From NCBI GenBank assembly GCA_964016885.1, contig OZ024741.1, forward strand, positions 216,628,001 to 216,692,000: 64,000 bases of DNA, written 5' to 3'. The notes beneath the pieces were generated by a model. That model was not told where the DNA came from. It did no database searches and saw only the letters and a program-made list of their open reading frames with translations. This document shows positions 1 through 13,249 of this stretch, piece after piece. Positions within the stretch are counted from its first letter, which is position 1, and each line of letters begins with the position of its first letter. Origin of the DNA: Eledone cirrhosa. Taxonomy: Eukaryota. A program made the translations under genes and the position numbers.

Positions 1-279
1 AATACACGTTGATTTCCTGCCATAGGTGAATACCTGGGATATTTTGTGTTATTTTAATTAATATTATAGTTAATTAGGTCAAAGGGTGGGGGATCGGTAT
101 AATCGTTATTACGTCAGTTAAAATGCGTTGGGGAATTTGTTCAGGTTCTTAACGATCTGGGTTATAATACCGCCCAGGTCAACTTTGCCTTTCATCCTTT
201 CGGGGTCGATAAAATAAAGTACCACTTAAGTACTGAAGAGGATATAATTGACTTACCGCTACCCGAAATAATGGTTTCT

Positions 280-450
280 GAATAGGCACAAGGCCAGCAA
301 TTTTGGGAGAGGGGAAAGTCTATTAAATCGACCCCAGTGCTTTACTGGTATTTTATTTAATCGACCCCGTAAAGATGGAAGGCAAAGCTAACCTAGGCTA
401 GATTTGAACTCAGAACGTAAAGGGCCGTAACTCTATGATGCAAAGCATAC
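280..450 (-). mobile_element. tRNA-derived SINE, older diverged copy
   Basis: Reverse complement of the conserved core (CTTTCATCCTTACGGGGTCGATAAAATAAAGTACCAG) and B-box, with many substitutions. Confidence 0.7.
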
Positions 451-515
451 TGCTAATCCCCGAAATAATAACAGGTTTTGGCTTATGTTATATTGAAATA
501 TTAATTATGTCAAAA

Positions 516-706
516 GGGCGGTGGATTGGCAGTATCGGTAGAGGGTCGGACGCCATGTTTTGACGCATAGAGTTACGGCCCTTGCCATTCTGCGTTCAAA
601 TCCCGCCGAGGTTAACTTTTCCTTTCATCCTTACGGGGTCGATAAAATAAAGTACCAGTAATGAACTGGTGAATTGCTGGCCTTGTGCCAAAAGTAGAAA
701 CAATTA
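516..706 (+). mobile_element. tRNA-derived SINE (dominant family; Meta/MESC-like central domain), full length
   Basis: A-box TGGCAGTATCGG, B-box GTTCAAATCC, central core, tail AGTAGAAACAATTA; ~16-bp TSD TTAATTATGTCARAAG at 501-516 and 704-719. Confidence 0.9.
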
Positions 707-944
707 ATTATGTCAGAAGAGCTATTTGGTTGAATAATTCGAGTGTTGGATAAAATACTTTGTGGTATTTAGCTACAGTTCTTTACGCTCTGTGTGCAAA
801 CCTCGCCGAGGTTAATTTTGACTTCTACATTTCCGGGATCGACAAAAAGAAGTATTGGGATCGATATAATCGACTTTCCTCTCCCGCCAAAAAATATTTG
901 TTGTTTTGTACCTATGCTAGAAGCCATTATTTATAAAGTCATAT

Positions 945-1128
945 GGCGGTGAATTGGCAGTATCGGTAGCGGGTTGGATGCCATGCTTTCTAGCATAGTT
1001 ACGTCCCTTTACAATGTGAGTTCAAATCCTGCCGAGGTTAACTTTGCCTTCCATCCTTACGGGGTCGATAAAATAAAGTACCAGTAATGTACTGGGTAAT
1101 TGCTGGCCTTGTGCCTAAAGTAGAAACA
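945..1128 (+). mobile_element. tRNA-derived SINE, full length
   Basis: Same consensus; 18-bp TSD ATTATTTATAAAGTCATA at 926-943 and 1129-1146. Confidence 0.9.
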
Positions 1129-1274
1129 ATTATTTATAAAGTCATAAAAGGATAAATGTGAGAGAGCACTTCATGGTCAGGGTCACTATGTACTTTAGGA
1201 GTAACTTTATTATCTCTATATGGAGATGCATCATTTCTTCTTCTTCTTCTTCTTCTTCTTCTTTTTCCTTATAA

Positions 1275-1312
<38 letters not shown>

Positions 1313-1418
1313 TTTGAGTCTCAGTCATTGATGTTAGTTAACTGGAAAGTTTGTTGAAATAAATATCAAGCCACTACCTGCAGCCTCAGATATTCAGGAC
1401 GTATCGGAGGGTTCTTGC

Positions 1419-1471
<53 letters not shown>

Positions 1472-1900
1472 GGCGGTGGATTGGCAGTATCGGTAGAGGG
1501 TCTGACGCCATGCTTTGCAGCAAAGAGTTACGACCTTTTATGGTCTGAGTTCAAATCCCGCCGAGGTTAACTTTGCCTTTCATCCTTACGGGGTCGATAA
1601 AATAAAGTACCAGTCACGCACTGGGGTCGATTTAAATTGCTGGCCTTGTTCCTATATAAGAAATCATTATAATTATTGAGGGTGGTGAATTGGCAGAATC
1701 GTTAGAGCATCGGATAAAATGTTTTGCCGTATTTGCTTCAACTATTTATGTTCTGGGTTCAGATCCCAACATAGTCAACTTTACCTTTTATCCTTCCAGG
1801 GTCGATAAAGTAAGGTACTAGTAGTAGACTGGGGTTAATTTAATCAACTGTCCCTTTCCCTTCAAATTGCTGGCCTTGTATCAAAATGTAAAAACAATTA
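1472..1900 (+). mobile_element. Two consecutive tRNA-derived SINE copies after an (ATT)n tract
   Basis: Consensus head and core at 1472-1665; diverged copy at 1681-1900. Confidence 0.8.
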
Positions 1901-2118
1901 TATCAACGTTAGCTTCGTTGATAAGCAATCTTGATAGTTACGTAAGTTCTTAAGGTGCAAGTTCGTAAGAATTTCACTCAGAAATATCCTGAAAAACTTG
2001 TAAATACTTAGCATATATTACAAGAATATAATGCCAAAAACACTTATCTTGCACCAATAAAAACATCTGAAACAATTGAAATAACAAATAAATAGAAAAA
2101 ACATTCAGAGCACTTAGC

Positions 2119-3150
2119 ACATAACTATAACAACAATAACTACAATAACTATAACAACAATAGCAACAATAACAACAACTATAACAACAACAACTATAAC
2201 AACTATAACAACAATAGCAACAACTATAACAACAATAACTACAATAACTATAACAACAATAGCAACAATAACAACAACTATAACAACAACAACTATAACA
2301 ACTATAACAACAATAGCAACAACTATAACAACAATAACTACAATAACTATAACAACAATAGCAACAATAACAACAACTATAACAACAGTAGCAACAACTA
2401 TAACAACAATAACTACAATAACTATAACAACAATAGCAACAATAACAACAACTATAACAACAATAACAACAACTATAACAACAATAACAACAACAACTAT
2501 AACAACAATAACTACAACAACTATAACAACAATAGCAACAACTATAACAACAATAACTACAATAACTATAACAACAATAGCAACAATAACAACAACTATA
2601 ACAACAATAACAACAACAACTATAACAACAATAACTACAACAACTATAACAACAATAACAACAACAACTATAACAACAATAACTACAATAACTATAACAA
2701 CAATAGCAACAATAACAACAACTATAACAATAACGACAACAACAATAACAACAACTATAACAACAATAACAACAGCTATAACAACAATAACTACAACAAC
2801 AGCAATAATAACAACAACAATAACAAGAGCAACAATAATAACAACAATAACAACTACAACATCAATAACAAGAGCAATAATAGCAACACTAACAACAATA
2901 GCAACAACAACAACAATAACATCATTGACAATAACAAGAACAACACCACCAACAACAACAATAGCAACAATAACAACAATAATAGCAATAACAACAACAA
3001 TAGCAACAATAACAACAACAATAACAACAACAATAACAACAACAATAACAACAACAATAACAACAACAATAACAACAACAATAACAACAACAATAACAAC
3101 AACAACAATAACAGTATAGACAATAACAAGAACAACACCAACAACAAAAA
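2119..3150. repeat. Compound (AAC/AAT)-triplet microsatellite with higher-order units
   Basis: ~1 kb of AAC/AAT/ACT/AGC triplets; source of the spurious V/I-rich and T-rich ORFs. Confidence 0.95.
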
Positions 3151-3400
3151 TAATAGCTGCAAAAACACTGAAAAAAATGAAAGAATGCATACTTTAGAAA
3201 TAAACATTGTAGAATTCGTTGTTTTTTATATATACCTTCCCCACAGCATTTCAAAATATTTGGGACTCTTTTAATAGCTCTTGCTCTCTGATAGATTTGT
3301 CATTGAACCTATAGCATTGGAAACATCTACTGATCTGTCATCGGACTCGAACCACCCTTCTACAAAAGCCAAAGATCTGTACTGATTTCTTGCAACAGAG

Positions 3401-3790
3401 TCTTCTTCTTCTTCTTCTTCTTCTTCTTCTTCTTCTTCTTCTTCTTCGTGGGGGCAGAGTGCTCAGACACCCCTTCCAGCGGGTAATGACAGAAGCAACC
3501 GACTCTCTTGCCGGTTGGTTTTGCCCGTAAAATCTCTCCAGCTATTCTCTCCTGAGACATTCTAAATACATACCCATAGTATCGGAGCTGTGATCTCTCA
3601 ATTCGGTGAAGTAGCAGTTCTACCTGGTAAAGGTTGGCACGAAAACCGAATTGAAGATAGCTAGTTTGGTTTTTACTCCTACCTCCCTTCTGCTGGTTAC
3701 TGAATGCTGAAGCATTGCAGCCGAATAGATTCCGTTAGATGCACCCAAGGGACACATGATGGTGTTTAACAAATATCTCAAGTTATCTTA
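3401..3790 (-). mobile_element. RTE-clade (Rex3/Expander-like) LINE 3' remnant with (AAG)n tail, internally deleted
   Basis: Minus-strand translation TKLAIFNSVFVPT...LLLHRIERSQLRYYGYVFRMSQERIAGEILRAKPTGKR resembles RTE C-terminal regions; (AAG)n tail at 3401-3447. Confidence 0.7.
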
Positions 3791-3812
3791 TCCGACACTA
3801 TTTAACAAGTCT

Positions 3813-4146
3813 GGTATGGTATGGTATGGTCCAGTAACTCCTGATAGTGTCATAGGAGGCGCTGTTTAGACATACAGCGTTTCTATGGTATTTTAAGCCT
3901 GTCGGAGCCCATCCTTCTCCAGGTCTGAGTACAGCAGATTTCTTCCAGAGAAAGATAGAAAGTGAAAGAGAGGAAATGAGAAAGAGATATAGAGGAAGAA
4001 TTGCCCCCAGTATTATACTGGTACTTGTTTTTATCGACCGCGAAAGGATGAAAGGCAAAGTTGACCTTGGCGAGATTTGAACTCAGAGAGCAGAGAGCCG
4101 GAACGAATATCACAAAGTATTCTAACGACTCTGCCAATTCGCTGCC
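3813..4146 (-). mobile_element. SINE variant with the same head/core but a different 3' tail ending in (CCATA)n
   Basis: Head and core at 4008-4146, distinct tail at 3813-4005; 13-bp TSD ATTTAACAAGTCT at 3800-3812 and 4147-4159; related tail at 39234-39480. Confidence 0.8.
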
Positions 4147-5277
4147 ATTTAACAAGTCTACCAGTCCACAAATACCATAAGATCTTCTGCCAGACGTTCT
4201 AATACGGCCTGAAAACTACTTTTCTATGGTTTATGGTAGAACAAAAGAACATTTGAAATGGGAAATTTTCCCACGACTTATATTTTGAATTAATTCACAT
4301 ATCCCGCTTACTAGCGTATGTGTAATGATTTTGATGGGGTGGGAGAAATAGCAGCCTATTAGCTTTACGGCAGATTAGCTTTATAACTAGTGGACATCAA
4401 GAAGCCCATCCCTCTACCCTCATCTCACTTTTGGCTCGTTATGCTTCTTTCGCGGGATGTAATGACCCTTTTGAGTTCTTGAGTTTGAGACCTCTGCTCC
4501 AACGATTTCTCCAATCCACCGATCTAATCTGGTTCTTTATATATCGATCAATTCCTGAAAGGATGAAAGGCAAAGTTAAAGTTAACCGCGGTGGGATTTG
4601 AACACAGAACGTTAAAAGCCAAAATGAATAAGGTATTGTCCGTTTCGTGGTCCAACCCGCTGACGCTTTCTCTCAATGGAAATTATTATGTTTGTTTAAA
4701 AGATAAATGTTTTTTATCCTTCATTAATTCGAAATTGTCAAATTTGATGACTCATACCATGATTTTCGCTGATAATCACCAACCATATATTACATATCAA
4801 CGAATGAGGCAAATATGTGCTAATTGGAGATGTTTATTATGCAAACTCGTTCTAGCATTCCATTATCAACTGATTGTGCTTCACACGTGAATAATCAGAA
4901 TATGTCTTCAGTTCTCCATTGCCTTTGTACCTAAGTATTTAAATCTCTTTCATTGATTTATGTTTGGTGGCAGTAATATATATCTTCAGGCGTAATATCT
5001 ATCTTCTTTCTTTTTATTTTGTTAGCTTTGAACTTTCTAAATTCTGAGATTAAATTAATGAATTGGTTCATGGGTTGCTTGTTATTTACCGCCACATTCT
5101 TTCTTCTTTTTTTTTTCGTGTTTCCTATTTTTCTATTATTTTCCATGTTCTCTCTCCACAACAATCTTCTCTTTTTTCTGTCTTTTTCATCCCGGTCGGT
5201 GATAGACTAACGTCCGAAACGTGATGACACTTATTTCTTATATTTCTTTTTAGTGTTAAATTAATATATAATTATTG

Positions 5278-5390
<113 letters not shown>

Positions 5391-5499
5391 CACACCTTAA
5401 AATACTCCCAGCGTAACATATACGATATGTTTATTGTACACCCAGATGCGGGCGCCTCGTTGTGTTCTTTAAACAAAATACTTTATTTCCCCTGCCAGG

Positions 5500-5925
5500 A
5501 TTTGTGACCAGTAGATAGCATTGGCAATGGAAAGACCAATGGAAACATTGTTTCCTTGGTCTGATCCCACGATCGGCTCTGTTCTAGTATCAGCAACAGA
5601 AAAACGACCAATTAAAACATTGTTTCTTTGGCCCGACCTGATGATCCGCTCCTTTCTTCTGCAAGGAGTTAAGACTGACAGATAGTATCAGCAATGGAGA
5701 AACCAACAGAAACATTGTTTTCTTTTTCTGATCTCACAATCGACTCCTTTCCTCTGCCAGTTGTGCTCAACAGAGGAAAGATCAATTGAAACATTGTTTC
5801 TTTGGCCCGACCTGATCATCTGCTCCTTTCTTCTGCAAGGAATTGTGACAGACATAATATCAATAATGGAAAAACCTATGTAAACATTGTTTCCCTGACC
5901 CGATCTGACGTTCAGTTCTTCTCCT
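5500..5925 (+). repeat. Degenerate tandem repeat derived from the CORE-SINE 3' tail
   Basis: AAACATTGTTT motif at ~5543, 5615, 5711, 5789, 5883; resembles the SINE tail at 40325-40400. Confidence 0.6.
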
Positions 5926-6644
5926 TTCCTCTTTTTATTTTCTACATATGGTTTCATATACGCTTTAATTGTGAATCACGCTGTATTAGTGCTATCATTT
6001 AAGCAACAATTTAAGCTTCAGTTATTAAAGTGGAGAAATTAATTATAGTAATTATCATTAAATGTATGGTTTAACGATGATTGCTAATGAGAGTTTGGCT
6101 TGTTATTATAGTAACAACCCCCAGAATTAAAGGTCGCCTAATCGTCTTTTCAGTCAGCATCTGAGAAAAACTGGTGTAGCAATATAATGTAATTGATGGG
6201 GAGAGGTGAAACTGATTATAGGGAAGGAGGAAGGGGAAGAGCAGAACGTATGTATATGTGAGAGTGTGCAGGAGGGAGGTATTGATAGATAGAGAAAGCG
6301 AATAGACATAGCTAGATGCGTGTAAGGAAAGAAGGAAGGTAAGAGTGTTGATAAAGAGGGAGAGACTAACTGAGATAAGAGAGACGGAGAGAATGTGTGC
6401 GTGTATCAGGTAAGAGATAGAGAGAGAAAAGGAGAGAACAAGAGAGAGAAAATGCGTATGTGCGTGTGCGCGCGTGTGTGTGTGTCTATCTCTGTCTGTC
6501 TGTGTGTGTGTATGTGTGTGTGTGTGCATGTCACGTTTTTTAAGTCGCCTTAAGAAAACTTGGACCTATTATTTTTTATCTAAAGACATTTTTTTTCTAA
6601 TTCCACCCCACCTGTCCTTTCAATCTTTCTAATTTCTCATTCTT

Positions 6645-6680
6645 TCTTCTGATGAAGGACTAGCGTCCAAAACGTTAAGA
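6645..6680 (+). ncRNA. Minimal type-I hammerhead ribozyme motif (G12 mutated)
   Basis: TCTT-CTGATGA-AGGAC TAGC GTCC-AAAAC-GTT-AAGA; same family as 23421. Confidence 0.6.
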
Positions 6681-6825
6681 TCCTCTTCCTGCTATTTCAA
6701 GCGTTAACCTATAATATTCCTTCCATATACTGTGCTGATTGTGTTGTTATTTCTGTTTACCGGTTACACACACACACACACACACAGATATATATATATG
6801 AAATAAAATGGTGTAAACTGCAAAC

Positions 6826-6887
<62 letters not shown>

Positions 6888-7224
6888 TCTCTCTTTATCT
6901 CTCCCCCTCTCTCTCTCTCTCTTGAGCAAGGCACTTTATTTCATGTTTCTCCCGGTTTACTCAGCTATAGAAATGAGTTGCTACATCACGGAAGTTGTAT
7001 ATATGTATATATATATAAATACCACCACTTACTTGAACAGCCAGCTTCCTGATGATTTCTCACGAATGTGGTTACCTCCGATTCAACTCAGAATGACTTA
7101 TCTATATATATATAATACATATATATATATATATAAAGGGTGTCGATCGACTTTTGTCAAATCGGACCGAGGAAACAATGTTCCCGTTGGTCTTTAGGCA
7201 TGCATGCATACATATTCTACCTGG

Positions 7225-7345
7225 TTGATGTTGTGTAAATTTCAATGAGAGAGTCTTGTGTCTATGTTAGAAACCGACTCTCTCTCTCTCTATTGAGAAA
7301 AATTTGTGAAATTATAAAACCAGAAGAACATACATACATACATAC
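7225..7345 (+). mobile_element. 3' UTR fragment of the RT-REL LINE followed by (CATA)n
   Basis: Near-identical to 10408-10510. Confidence 0.8.
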
Positions 7346-7386
7346 ATGATGGCTGTCCCTCGTTATCGAGTATAGCCATTGCACGA

Positions 7387-7567
7387 TGGCAGTATCGGTA
7401 GAGGGTCGGACGCCATGCTTTGACGCATAGAGTTACGTCCCTTGCTATTCTGAGTTCAAATCCCGCCAAAGTTAATTTTGCCTTTCTTCCTTACGGGGTC
7501 GATAAAATAAAGTACCAGTAATGCACTAAGATAATTGCTGGCCTTGTGCCAAAAGTAGAAACAATTA
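7387..7567 (+). mobile_element. tRNA-derived SINE
   Basis: Consensus head, core and tail. Confidence 0.85.
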
Positions 7568-7980
7568 ATTAATTCTATCGTGCAATGCCTGTGCATAAAG
7601 ATTTTTTAAAAGTGAGTAAAGACTGTGCACCGAGCCAATCCCACTCTCTGGGCGACAGTAGCTATAACCCGAAAAAAATAAAAGATCAACATCATCAGTA
7701 ACTACTGAGCTGCCGGTTTTATATCGGTTTTATATCCCAGTTTCCTGCGTTGCTTTCTCCTGGAAGAATGCCCTGACAAAGGCTAGGGGTCCTTCACTCC
7801 CAGTGGTTTAACCGCGCGATCGGGTATCCAGTCCGACTATTTCTATGTCCCCGCACATATACATACACATGCACCCATGTATATACACATACACATACAT
7901 ATGTACATGTGTATATACATATTTACACATTTTGGGATGGCCGTTGACTCTTATGATTTCTTCTGCCCATACATACATAC

Positions 7981-8411
7981 ATGGTGGCTGCCAACTCGTT
8001 TTCGAGTACGGCTATTACTTTATATCCATGTAGGAGAACCATTACCGATGCGCTAAACAAGTGTGACTTTTTAGTCCAGCCAGCGACTTGAAAACTCTGG
8101 TACAAACACTACACCTGTGACAATTATTGACACATAGTGCTGGGCCCATGGCACCATGTGACGACAAGTGCAGAGAGATCTCAAGATATAAAGCAATGCT
8201 TGTGCCGTGAAGCTTTTATAGTGAGCAAAGGCACTGCACAAAGCCAGTCCCACTCTCTTAACCAAGATGATATTTACCAAAAAGAAGAACAAGTCAACAT
8301 CATTGGATACCATCAGGGTTGCAGGTGTTATATCAGAGTTTTCCTTCTCCTAGAATTCTGCCTTGACAAAGGCTAAGGGGTCATCTCTCCCGGATATATA
8401 TATACATACAT

Positions 8412-8442
<31 letters not shown>

Positions 8443-9050
8443 CATGGTGGCTGCCAACTTGTTTTCGAGTACGGCCACTACTTTATATCCATGTAGGAGA
8501 ACCCCTACCGATACACTGAACATACATACATACATACATACATACATACATACATACATACATACATACATACATACATACATACATACATACATACATA
8601 CATACATACATACATACATGTAGCAGAGTCGTTAGAATATGGGATTAAATGCTTTGCAAGCATTTGTTCTGCCTCTCTGTGGTCTGAGTTCAAATCCCAC
8701 CAAGATTCAGTATTAAAAACAGTATTTTCAAGGCTGTTATAAAAAGTTACCTACTGCATGTTCATCAATATTTGGGAGTTGCAGGTGTTATATCAGAGTT
8801 TTCCTTCTCCTAGAATTCTGCCTTGACAAAGGCTAAGGGGTCATCTCTCCCTGTGATTTTGGATGGCCATTGACTCTTAAGAGCTTCTTTGCCCTTTGAC
8901 AGGTATTGTTTTTAGTCCTGCAGGATGTCCAAAGTCACCCTCCTCACCAAGAAACCTTGGTGGGGTTGCCAGTTTAGTCGCCAACAACCCGACCATGAGA
9001 CAGGTTGCACTGGGATACATGTTAACAGTAGCACCAACTGGTGACCTGAC
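7981..9050 (-). mobile_element. Nested non-coding RTE-derived (5'UTR plus 3' tail) elements with (GTAT)n tails
   Basis: Duplicated blocks 7981-8050/8443-8520 and 8316-8392/8775-8851; minus-strand CTAGGAGAAGGAAAACTCTGA resembles RTE 5' UTRs; no ORF. Confidence 0.5.
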
Positions 9051-9127
9051 ATAATACATACATACATACATACATACATACATACATACATACATACATA
9101 CATACATACATACATACATACATACAT

Positions 9128-10510
9128 GTAAAGCGGAGAAAAACAACAACTCAATCTAGCAACATTGTCATCAATGGCCTAACTGTTTCACCGATATCCG
9201 ATATCTGATGAGGACTGCTACAGATACCTGGGGATAGATGAGAAAATATCCTATAATGGTATCTGTAATAAGGAACGCGTAACCAGGGAATACTACACCC
9301 GATTAAGAAAGATTTGGTCATCGGAACTCTCTGCGTAAAAAAAAACAGTGGCTCACAATATGCTTGCTGTGCCTGTCCTAACACCAACGTTTGGAATACT
9401 CAATTGGACGATAGATGAAATCCGAGCAGTTCATGTTGGAACTCGAAAAATACTAAACAACACCGGAAGCTTCCACATCAACACTGACATAGACCGCCTT
9501 TACTTGAAACGTAAGCAGGGAGGCAGAGGCCTAACATCAGTCCAGACAGCATTTGAATGTCGCATCATATCCCTCCGACAACATCTATGAACCTCGAAGC
9601 GTAGGAGCCCGTCTCTCGAGCAAGTCTATCTGCATGAAACAGATAAGATCATGAGAGTTGGGAAGGAACTCCTTGAGAGATATTCCCTGTGTGATAATCA
9701 AAAACTCAAACCCAGGGAAGTCGCTCAGCAGTATCGCAGTGAATCCATGGATGGAAAACTGCATGCTTATCAGCAAAAAATCATGCATGGATATGTTGCC
9801 AGGAAGCTCCAGAGTAAGAGTAATATAGATAAAGAAAGTAGTCTATATTGGACCAACAACCGCTATATTGACTCCCACTTTGAAGGATGCGCTTTTGCAA
9901 TCCAAGAACAGGAAATTAACACGAAATACCTGATTCACAAAAGAGATAGGGATGGAGGCAAAACACCTAGATGTGATAACAAGGGCAGACTCTGCAGAAT
10001 TAACATCGAAGATATCACCCATGTCATCAGAAGCTGTCCAAAGATGTCATCGCGGTACTAACTACCTATGAGGCATGATGTAGTGGCCAAACACTGTATA
10101 ATGCAATCCGTAGAAAAGATAGCCCCAATAATGAACACATTAAAAGCCACAGCAATGTGGAAGACATCCATGAAAGAGTACTGGTGGAATGTTCCAGTCA
10201 AAACTACAATAAAATGCAGGCATAACAAACCAGATATTATGATATGGGACAGGGAGAAGAAAGCATGCACAGTAGTGGAAATTAGCTGCCCAGCAGATGC
10301 CAATATAATATCAAAGATTATCGAAAAGGAGAATATTTATGCAGAACTGATGAGAAATCTGCAGATACTCCACCCTGATTACACCTTCAGATTTATGCCT
10401 GTGATTATGTTGATGTTGTGTAAATTCCAATGAGAGAATCTTGTGTCTATGATAGAAACCGACTCTCTCTATTGGGAAAAAATTTGTGAAATTATAAAAC
10501 CAGAAGAACA
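9128..10510 (+). mobile_element. 5'-truncated, degenerate RT-REL non-LTR retrotransposon (R4/Dong-like), copy 1
   Basis: Fragmented ORFs: YRYLG, GGRGL, zinc-knuckle remnant RLC..EDITHVIRSC, RHD, KPDIMIWD...VEIS (restriction-like endonuclease); flanked by (CATA)n on both sides. Confidence 0.88.
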
Positions 10511-10564
10511 TACATACATACATACATACATACATACATACATACATACATACATACATACATA

Positions 10565-12586
10565 GCTGGTGGAAAGAGGGAGGTGTGGGGTTGCATAGAT
10601 CACCTACTAACTAACAAAATGATTCAGGAAAAAACAACAAAGAATCGCAGAAACATGACTGTGGTGTGGCTGGACTATCAAAAAGCATTTGATAGTGTAC
10701 CTCATGGGTGGATTATTAAGGCTTTACAATTATCTAAAGTCCCACAACCATTGGTAGCTGCTGTTGAACGCCTGACCAAGAACTGGTACACCAATTTGAT
10801 CCTTAGAGGTGAGAAGGAGCAAGTTAAGACTGATAAGATACATTACCAGAAGGGCATCTTTCAGGGTGATAGCTTGTCAGTGCTACTCTTCGTTCTCTCA
10901 CTGAATCCACTATCTTACCTACTCAGGAAACAAGGTGGACAAAGAAGTGGGCCCAGAAGTATCTCCCATCTTTTCTTTGTTGATGACCTGAAGTTGTATG
11001 GGCCAAATATCAATGACATCAAGAAACAATTGGACCTCATTACACAATTTTCAACCGACATCAAAATGAAATTTGGTGAGTCCAAGTGTGCATATTTGGC
11101 AGTAAAACGTGGAAGAGCTGTGCCCTCCTCTAGAAATCTAGAGATGAACGGCCTGACAATACAACCTCTGCAGTCAGGTGACAATTACAGATATCTTGGA
11201 CAGGATGAGAATGTCAGATATGATGGACCCATAAATAAGGAGAGAACCAGAACTGAATACCTCAGAAGAGTAAAGAAAATATGGTCATCAGAACTGTCAG
11301 CGTACAACAAATACATTGCCCACAATACTTATGCTGTGCCAATTCTAACGCCAACATTTGGCCTGCTGAACTGGTCATTGCAAGAACTAAGTGAGATGGA
11401 TGTTAGAACTCGAAAACTTCTCAGTGTTACTGGGAACTTTAACATCAATGGTGATGTGGATAGGCTATACTTCTCACGCAAGGAAGGTGGCCGGGGTCTA
11501 AAATCAATATTAACAACATATGGGATCCGGATAGTAACACTGAAGCAACACCTTCAACAGAGGAAAAAGGTTGGCAACCATCTTGCCCAGGTTTATGAGC
11601 ATGAAAAAAAAAATCATTAGAATAGCGACTGATCTGGAGGAGAGATATGGAATAAAGCCTGATATAAATCTCTCACCCAGAGAAATCGGAAGATCCTATT
11701 CAATGTTCAAACAAGATAAAAAAATTGACCAATTTACAGAAAAAGTTGTACATGGATACTTGAGGCGTAAAACACAGACCATAGAGGGGATAAACCACTC
11801 AAAAAGCCTGGCATGGAGTTCTGACAAATTTATGACATCACACCTTGAGGGATATCTCTATGCAATACAGGAACAAGAACTCCCTACCAAACATCTGCTG
11901 CACAAAAGAGGAGGGCCAGCAGCTGACAATAAATGTAGGCTATGTAAAACAAAGATCGAGGATGTAAGCCACATTGTTGCCAGCTGCGAAAGAATGTCAT
12001 CTCGCTACTACCTCCCCATGAGACACGATGGGATAGCTAGAACCATCTGGAACGCACTTCGGAAAACAAAATTAACAACAAACGAGGAAGAATATATTGA
12101 GACAGATGGCACTAAGGAATACTGGTGGAACCTGAAAATAAAAACTGCCACCAAATTAAAGCACAACTGTCCTGATATTGTTGTTTGGGACCACACATTG
12201 AAAACGTGTTCTGTTGTGATCAGCTGCCCACTTGATGTAAACGTTGTCAGAAAAATACAGGAGAGGGAGGACATATACGGACCATTGATGAGGAGTTTAC
12301 AAATCCAGTATCCAAGATACACCTTTAGCTTCATACCCATCATTATTGGAGCTACGGGTTATATACCAACCCGCTTGGACCAAAGTATGACTGAACTTGG
12401 ATTTGCGGACAAAAAGCGCAGCTCCCTAATTCATAGTCTACAAATGGCTGCGATAGCTGGCACCTTCAAAATTTGCAAAACATTCTTGCGATTCAAGGGA
12501 TCACAATTTCTTTTCTTTTACAACCTTGCCACCAGGAAGGTGGCCGGTCAAAAAAAATGTACTCGAAATTAAGAGAAAGAGATAAA
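10565..12586 (+). mobile_element. 5'-truncated RT-REL non-LTR retrotransposon (R4/Dong-like), copy 2
   Basis: RT motifs WLDYQKAFDSVPH, GIFQGDSLS, FVDD; frameshift at the poly-A run ~11604-11613; CRLC..H...C knuckle, RHD, PDIVVWD; flanked by (CATA)n. Confidence 0.93.
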
Positions 12587-13002
12587 CATACATACGTACA
12601 TACATACATTCATACATACGTAGGTAGGTAGGTAGGTAGGTAGGTAGGTAGGTAGGTAGGTCTGAAATGACTAAATATTCGAAGGCTAGGCGTTTTCATC
12701 TATGAAGTACAAGACCTATCCTGTAGTATGTCCATGACCTCTTATCAGTAAATGAAGCTATACAAATGCCACACTAATTGCGTAACATCACATATAATTA
12801 TTCGTCACTACACCAGGTTTTATATGGCGAGAATATAACGATTATGCTATTCTATCTGCTCTAAATATTTCTTTCTTTCATTGTAAATCACGAATTAATA
12901 TGAGCATGATTAACAACCCACCTATCCCCACCCCTCCACCCTCCCCAGCTATATTTCCAGTGAGATCTGCCAACATACCAATTGTAAATAATATATAATA
13001 AA

Positions 13003-13188
13003 GGCAGTGGATTGGCAGTATCGGTAGAGGGTCGGACGCCATGCTTTCCAGCATAGTTACGTCCCTTTACGATCTGAGTTCAAATCCCGCCGAGGTTGAC
13101 TTTGCCTTTCATCCTTACGGGGTCGATAAAATAAAGTACCAGTAATGAACTGGGTAATTGCTGGCCTTGTGCCTAAAGTTGAAACAAA
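13003..13188 (+). mobile_element. tRNA-derived SINE
   Basis: Consensus head, core and tail. Confidence 0.88.
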
Positions 13189-13249
13189 TATATAATAAAT
13201 AAAATCATGAATTGATATATAATAAATAAAATCATGAATTGATATATAA

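Noticed and set aside
2114-3254. 358-aa V/I-rich and poly-L/C/T ORFs
   Set aside because: Translations of an AAC/AAT triplet microsatellite; no domain, splice or codon evidence
9206-9230. CTGATGAGGAC hammerhead-like start
   Set aside because: Lies in LINE coding sequence (SDEDCYRYLG) with no GAAA or stems downstream
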